From Sedimentisphaerales bacterium (lineage in GTDB: Bacteria > Planctomycetota > Phycisphaerae > Sedimentisphaerales > SM23-30): 64,000 nucleotides of DNA. The position numbers were made by a program, and so were the translations under genes. Under the pieces are notes generated by a model. It was given only the letters and a program-made list of their open reading frames with translations. It did no database searches and had not been told where the DNA came from. How positions within the stretch are numbered: position 1 is the first letter of the stretch; each line of letters begins with the position of its first letter. Positions 59,601 to 64,000 of this stretch are shown in pieces. Location of the stretch: NCBI GenBank assembly GCA_963663965.2, contig CAXXFK010000013.1, positions 96,001 through 160,000 of the forward strand, in the 5' to 3' direction.

Positions 59601-61489
59601 TTGGTGGCGGTGGCCGAACCACTGATGCAATTGAGACCGGTGGAGTTTTTGTAAGCGGTACAATTGGTTATGACAGCATCGCCGCCATCGACGCAAATTG
59701 CTGTGGTATTGTAGCGGAAGTAGCAGTTGACGACAGTGGCCGTGCTGTTGGCCGGGACGATGATGGCGCCGCCTTTGGGATTGAGGCCTTTGGAATTGTT
59801 TTCAAAGGCGCAGTTGGTGATATTTACGGTGGAATAATCCAGCAGGATGGCACCGCCGTAAACCGAGCCGGCCTGGTTGCCGTCGATAAATCGGATATTG
59901 GAGACTTCGGACCCCTCGCCGGCGTGCAGGAAATAGAGTGAAAGGAAGGACTGGCCGCCATCCAGGTGGGTTTTATCCACACCGGCGCCGACAAGTTTGA
60001 CCGGTTTGAAAAATATCACGATATTTTCGGAGTAAGTTCCCTCCGCGATATTGACTGTTCCGCCCGAATCGACCATTACCGTGGCCAGTTGGATCGAGGA
60101 ATAAGCGTCCCACCCCCAGATGTGACCGTCATTGTCACCATTTTCTGTATAGGAAGCGTTTACCCAGACTTCTTTGGGATAACCCGGTTCGATATAAAAA
60201 CCGGCGCTAGTTTCTTGTCTGAAATCGAAGCCGCCCGGGGTCAGGTCATCGATATTGTAATAGCCATCCTTGCTGCCGCTCCAACCCCAGTTGAAGTGGA
60301 ATAGATTGGCGCTGTCGTAGCCGTCGCAGACAAAGGAATGGCCGACTACTCCGTTATCGCCCTGATAAGGCAGCGGCCGGCCGGCGCTGAGTTCGCCTTT
60401 GAGCATATTGATCCAATCGGTCGTACTGTAGTGGGTTCCATTGGGCCAGGGATAGTCGGAATCCTTTGGGATATAGGTGGCGCCGGGATTATAATGGTAA
60501 TGGTTTTTTAACGCATCGACCATCAAGCTTGTGTGGGAACTGGAGGCGCCGGGCTTATATTTCATATTGAGGGCATTGCCGCAATGGCGCATGAGCAGAG
60601 CGACTTCCAGACCGCCTTCGTAAGGGCTGGGATTGCCGGTGAGTAAATTGGAGCCCACCTTTTCAGGCATGATGGCCCAGTTGTATCGGGCCTGGCTGTA
60701 ATCGACCGTATAAGCATCATAGCCATTGCAAGCACTCTCGCACTGATAGGGCGGATCCCAGGTATGCGAACCGGAGCCGACCGGGGGCCATTCCCAGTAT
60801 TTCATGATCTGGGCCATGGTGGTGGCGACGCAGCCGGTGGGTGGCACGCGATAACCGGCCCAGTTTTTTTCCCAGGGGCAATAATAGTCATAGGATTTGT
60901 ACCACACGCCCGAGTAGGTCGATTTGCCGCCCTGGTCCCATCTGGTCTGGATCAGGGGATCGACCGTGGGCAGATAAGATAATGTGCTGATATTTAAAGA
61001 AGGTAATATAAGCGGTTCTTCAACGGGATCATGCCAGGCTTCCTCCGCATTGGGGAGCGGAGACAGATTCGTCGCGATCGCCTGGGAGATCTCTACTTTG
61101 ACCGTTTCCATCCACCATTGGCATTGTGGCGGGGTATCATCGGGAGTCCAGGCGCCTTCATTCGAATAAGCAATCATCGGGTAAGCGACATCATTCGCCG
61201 CGATAATCATCCAGCCTTCCGGGATCAGGTTAAAGATGTAATAAATGGGGGTGTCGCCATCGTATTCAGCGATCATTTCGCGGACATCCAGGGTTGACAG
61301 AGATGGATTTGCCATTAATAAGCCTGGCTGGGTAGCGGATGGGGGGGATGGTTGTGAGTTTAAATGGTTCAGGCCAACCTGGATTGCCTGGCCGGGGGAT
61401 ACGTAATCAGCCAGGGTCTGCTGAGTAGCAATACACAGACCTACAGCAAGCGCAACGACAGAAATCGATTTACCCGAAAAAATATTCAT
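56663..61489 (-). CDS. Large secreted C10 (streptopain-like) peptidase with pectin-lyase-like repeats and dockerin
   Basis: WDQ, TGCVATTMAQIMKYW, GHSFVCDGY, FHFNWGWSG; GGAI repeats; two D.N.D..V..D..W motifs. Confidence 0.92.
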   Translation of the reverse strand: MNIFSGKSISVVALAVGLCIATQQTLADYVSPGQAIQVGLNHLNSQPSPPSATQPGLLMANPSLSTLDVREMIAEYDGDTPIYYIFNLIPEGWMIIAANDVAYPMIAYSNEGAWTPDDTPPQCQWWMETVKVEISQAIATNLSPLPNAEEAWHDPVEEPLILPSLNISTLSYLPTVDPLIQTRWDQGGKSTYSGVWYKSYDYYCPWEKNWAGYRVPPTGCVATTMAQIMKYWEWPPVGSGSHTWDPPYQCESACNGYDAYTVDYSQARYNWAIMPEKVGSNLLTGNPSPYEGGLEVALLMRHCGNALNMKYKPGASSSHTSLMVDALKNHYHYNPGATYIPKDSDYPWPNGTHYSTTDWINMLKGELSAGRPLPYQGDNGVVGHSFVCDGYDSANLFHFNWGWSGSKDGYYNIDDLTPGGFDFRQETSAGFYIEPGYPKEVWVNASYTENGDNDGHIWGWDAYSSIQLATVMVDSGGTVNIAEGTYSENIVIFFKPVKLVGAGVDKTHLDGGQSFLSLYFLHAGEGSEVSNIRFIDGNQAGSVYGGAILLDYSTVNITNCAFENNSKGLNPKGGAIIVPANSTATVVNCYFRYNTTAICVDGGDAVITNCTAYKNSTGLNCISGSATATNTIFWDNFDSQIAGSGTLIVSYCDVEGGYPGVGNIDANPSFLDAGAGDLHLTGSSVCIDRGLNAAPALPDIDFDGGARIVNGGVNGNRVDIGCDEYARVLYVRYNATGANNGTSWYDAYTRLQDALSAAVPSTEIWISQGTYYPGASGQRDQSFVLKAGVAVYGGFGQYGYPQWESRDPARYHVTLSGDLNRNSQFDTADAYHVLYAKAGGIGPDTILDGVTITRGNADGAYPDYYGGGIYIESASPTIRNCQFTNNKSTNQGGAISAFNSTMTLESCLFSGNESQTGGAIRFGHSSPIIRDCRFDSNATTANNGHGGAIYMEYDFDSEPGRIESCYFHNNNAISSGGAIYIKSFSTTPAFLISNSVFSSNQAGQYGSGGAIFASSSKIDLKNCTLWNNQVTYNLNFNAHGLFLSSSTATIVNSILWDNTPGKEIHSSSSSYSISYTDIRGGAGGAGNLNSDPMFVDAGGGNLRLTINSPCINKGSFAETLPDDYDGNPRDCLIDLGAYEFQIPHPLTFYVNDNATGGNTGLNWANALTDLTNALKLAEPGDTIWVAAGTYIPSTPLDPGDVRTASFQMKNGVALIGGLAGNEDPQTFDLAQRDITGNLTVLSGDIGTSSLADNCYHVIDNTEDLALDHTAILDGFTITHGYNDLAPDHVHGNGAGICIDSGSPVIRNCRITDNHCTQSNGAGIYVFNGQPEITRCDFSQNVATQGNGGGLYSAYATSVIERSLFIENTGLNGGAFALQQSSASISQCLMRNNTAQNGGAIYHSLSGLVNVNNCTIYDNAATSQGIVQSVQTAGDGRLQLLNSIVWNSSGQPLVIDASMISVQNCDIESSGSSDNWLLTGITDLGGNIDQDPQFDSLAPFHLAKGSPCVDTGHNYIDLPPTDLDNTNRLFDGNCDGQAVVDMGIYEYAQYYPGDINQDCMINTYDLSAFSHCWMLSDLTSCLKTDLNTDGVVDIVDLQVLCNIWLIDYQ

Positions 61490-61847
61490 GATTTTTCCTT
61501 ACCTTCTTTTGAGGTTTAGCATTCTTGTTTAGAGAACCAGAAACTCAATACATGCAGTATAATAGATTCATGGACTCGTTGCAATAATATAAAATAAAGG
61601 TTACTTTTGGTATCGGAATAATCGCTCGGAATGTTTGATAATTTTTATATTTAATGTGTGTTAATACCATACCGCATGGTTTGTCTGGAATTGCCAGCTG
61701 AAAATTTGTCCGGGTCTGGTTGAGGATATTTTAAGTCATTATATTTAAAAAGGTTAGATGATATTTTGAAAATATTGTTTTATTTTAATTGACAATTTAA
61801 AATGCTTATTTAAAATGTGCTTTTTAATCGATGGCCTGAGTTGATCC

Positions 61848-62522
61848 ATGGAAGATAAAACCATAAAAGAATGTCAATGTGTTTGTGTCCGTGAGCGCTT
61901 ATTAGCCGCAGCGATGGAAATCTTTGCGCAGAAGGGTTATCACGAAACGACGATATCTGATATCAGCAAGAAAGCCCAGGCCAATGTAGCGGCGGTCAAT
62001 TATTATTTTGGATCGAAGGACAATCTTTATATCGAAGTCTGGAAGACGGCATTCGAGGAGACTCTGCGAGCATATCCACCGGATGGGGGCTTGGGGGACG
62101 ATGCCAGCGATGAAGAGAAATTGAAGGCGTTGATTTACGCCCATACCTGGCGGATGATGGATCCCAGCAGTTATGGGTTGGCCGGCAGTATTGTTATCCG
62201 GGAGATGGTGCAGCCAACCGAAGTGATTCAATCAGTGCGTGACCGCGTTCTGGAACCGCTGCACCGGCGTTCGTCCCAGATTATCCGGAATCTATTGGGG
62301 CCCGGGGCTACCGATAAGCAGATTCTCTTATGCTGCTTGAGTATCATTCATCAGTGTCTGGCATTTGGTGTCCGTCGGCTCACCAATAGCGGTATTCCGA
62401 TATTCTTGAAAAATCTGATGGAAGAGCCGGATATTATCAATGAAATGGCTGAGCATGTCTATCGGTTTTCACTGGGCGGGATTTACGCGCTTCGTCAACA
62501 ATTAGAAAGTCGGGGATCATGA
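61848..62522 (+). CDS. TetR family regulator (CerR/YbiH-like)
   Basis: RERLL.AA..IFA.KGY..T...I...A.AN.AAVNYYFGSK..LY. Confidence 0.93.
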   Translation: MEDKTIKECQCVCVRERLLAAAMEIFAQKGYHETTISDISKKAQANVAAVNYYFGSKDNLYIEVWKTAFEETLRAYPPDGGLGDDASDEEKLKALIYAHTWRMMDPSSYGLAGSIVIREMVQPTEVIQSVRDRVLEPLHRRSSQIIRNLLGPGATDKQILLCCLSIIHQCLAFGVRRLTNSGIPIFLKNLMEEPDIINEMAEHVYRFSLGGIYALRQQLESRGS

Positions 62523-63912
62523 CCATCGCGGCCCAAGCCAAATCCACCGCAGTCATTACCGATCTGACGCAGGGATCGGTAGCCTCGCAACTGGTCAAGA
62601 TGACCGGATCGGTACTGGTGGGTTTTGTGGCGGCCGCCGCATTTAATATTACCGACACCTATTTTGTCAGCAAGCTGGGCACCAACGAGTTGGCTGCGAT
62701 GGGTTTTGTCATGCCGGTTACGATGGTGATTTTTGGATTGACCATCGGGCTGGCGCAAGGCGCCAATTCGACGGTATCGCGCGCGATTGGAGCGGGTAAA
62801 CTCGATCTGGTGCACGAACTGACGATCAGCGCCATGACCCTGGGCCTGACTTTTGTAGGGTTGGCCATTGTGATCGGGCTGGCAACCCTCTCGCCTTTAT
62901 TTCGTTTGATGGGCGCCAACGAAGAGACCCTACCCCTGGTGGTCGAATATATGCAGATCTGGTATCTGGGCATGCTGTTTCAGGTGATTCCGGTGATTGG
63001 GAACAATATCATGAGAGCGACCGGGGACATGCTCTCGCCCAGTGTGAATATGATTATCAGCATGTGTCTGAATATTATTCTGGATCCTATTCTTATCTTC
63101 GGCTGGGGTCGGGTACCGGCGATGGGAATCAAGGGGGCCGCCATCGCAACTGTGGCTTGCCGGGGGGTCTCGCTGGTAATAGCTTTTTATTTATTGTATT
63201 ATCATAAACGTATTTTACAGTTTATTGCAGTACCTGTTCGACGTATGATGATCCAGTGGCGGGAAATTCTGATGACGGGTGTCCCGGTAACAGCCGTTCA
63301 CATCATGTTACCGATCGCCATGGGAGTAATCGTCTGGATCGCCGGCTGGTTTGGCACCGAAGCGGTCGCCGCGATCAGCGCCGGTGTCCGGTTGGAGCAC
63401 GCTATGGTCATTCCCATCTTTGCCATGGGCGCCGCCATGATTCCATTTGGCGGACAGAATTGGGGAACCGTCGAATCGATCGGGTGGAACAGGGACATTT
63501 GTTTTTAGTCAAGCTGTCTCTGATCTGGGGGGCAGTCAGTGTTGCGTTATTTTATGCCGCCGGCCGCCCCATTGCTGAATTGTTCAGCAAGGATGACGCT
63601 GTTCTGAAATTTTTGATGATATATATGGTGATCATGCCGTTTGTGTTCGGTTTCCGGGGATTAAATCACATTGGATGCTGTTTGATGAATGCCATTCGAT
63701 ATCCGATGCACGCGGCGATGGTTACGTTTATGCGTTTTGTCATTTTTCTGCTACCCATTGCAATCCTGGGGGCGAAATGGTATGGTTTTAAAGGATTTTT
63801 ACTGGGGATAGTGGCTGCGGACATTGTGACAGGAATAATCGCCACAGTATGGGTCAGGAAATTGTACCATAAAGGCGTGTCAAACTTGTTCTATACGGAG
63901 TTGGAGTCATGA
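62519..63912 (+). pseudogene. MATE efflux transporter split by a frameshift at ~63462-63465
   Basis: ORF 62519..63508 gives the N-terminal MATE part; frame of 63256..63912 continues NRRIDRV...; one extra G restores QNWGNRRIDRV. Confidence 0.85.
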
Positions 63913-64000
63913 CCATTCATCGTATTTTGACTGTTTTCATACTGATCGCTTCCTCAGCGGGGGGGCTGTTATGGTTGTCTGGGTGCCGAGTAACGCATCG
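63909..64000 (+). CDS. Lipoprotein, N-terminus only (possibly an efflux outer-membrane component)
   Basis: ATGA overlap with the MATE stop; MTIHRILTVFILIASSAGGLLWLSGC lipobox. Confidence 0.6.
   Translation, partial: MTIHRILTVFILIASSAGGLLWLSGCRVTH

Overview
64 kb of bacterial chromosome. The host is inferred to be a planctomycete of the Phycisphaerae (Sedimentisphaerales-like), based on the secreted LamG/Ig proteins with dockerin-like tails, a PEP-CTERM protein, a Tat sulfatase and an ECF sigma/FecR pair. Housekeeping genes (manA fragment, ilvD, yifB/comM, serA, trmB, hsp20, aldo-keto reductase) are mixed with large secreted proteins (GLUG-repeat, LamG, GH105, GH5, C10 peptidase). Three gene-poor hotspots (~6.7-8.85 kb, 24.3-25.6 kb, 31.5-35.4 kb) are built from several families of small repeats. 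The third holds a modular repeat array around an orphan toxin-tip / HEAT-repeat immunity / DUF4291 cassette. It also contains a 102-bp element with an empty-site paralogue next to it, and it abuts a membrane sensor-Schlafen(AlbA_2) fusion. Other signals are a frame-independent 14-mer (TTGGSTTCGTTTGG x6), a perfect sigma70 promoter plus boxA driving apparently non-coding DNA, a candidate anti-SD sRNA, a sigma54 promoter for hsp20 and a frameshifted MATE gene. I saw no rRNA, tRNA, CRISPR array, integrase or transposase. All family calls come from recognising motifs by eye; no searches were run.
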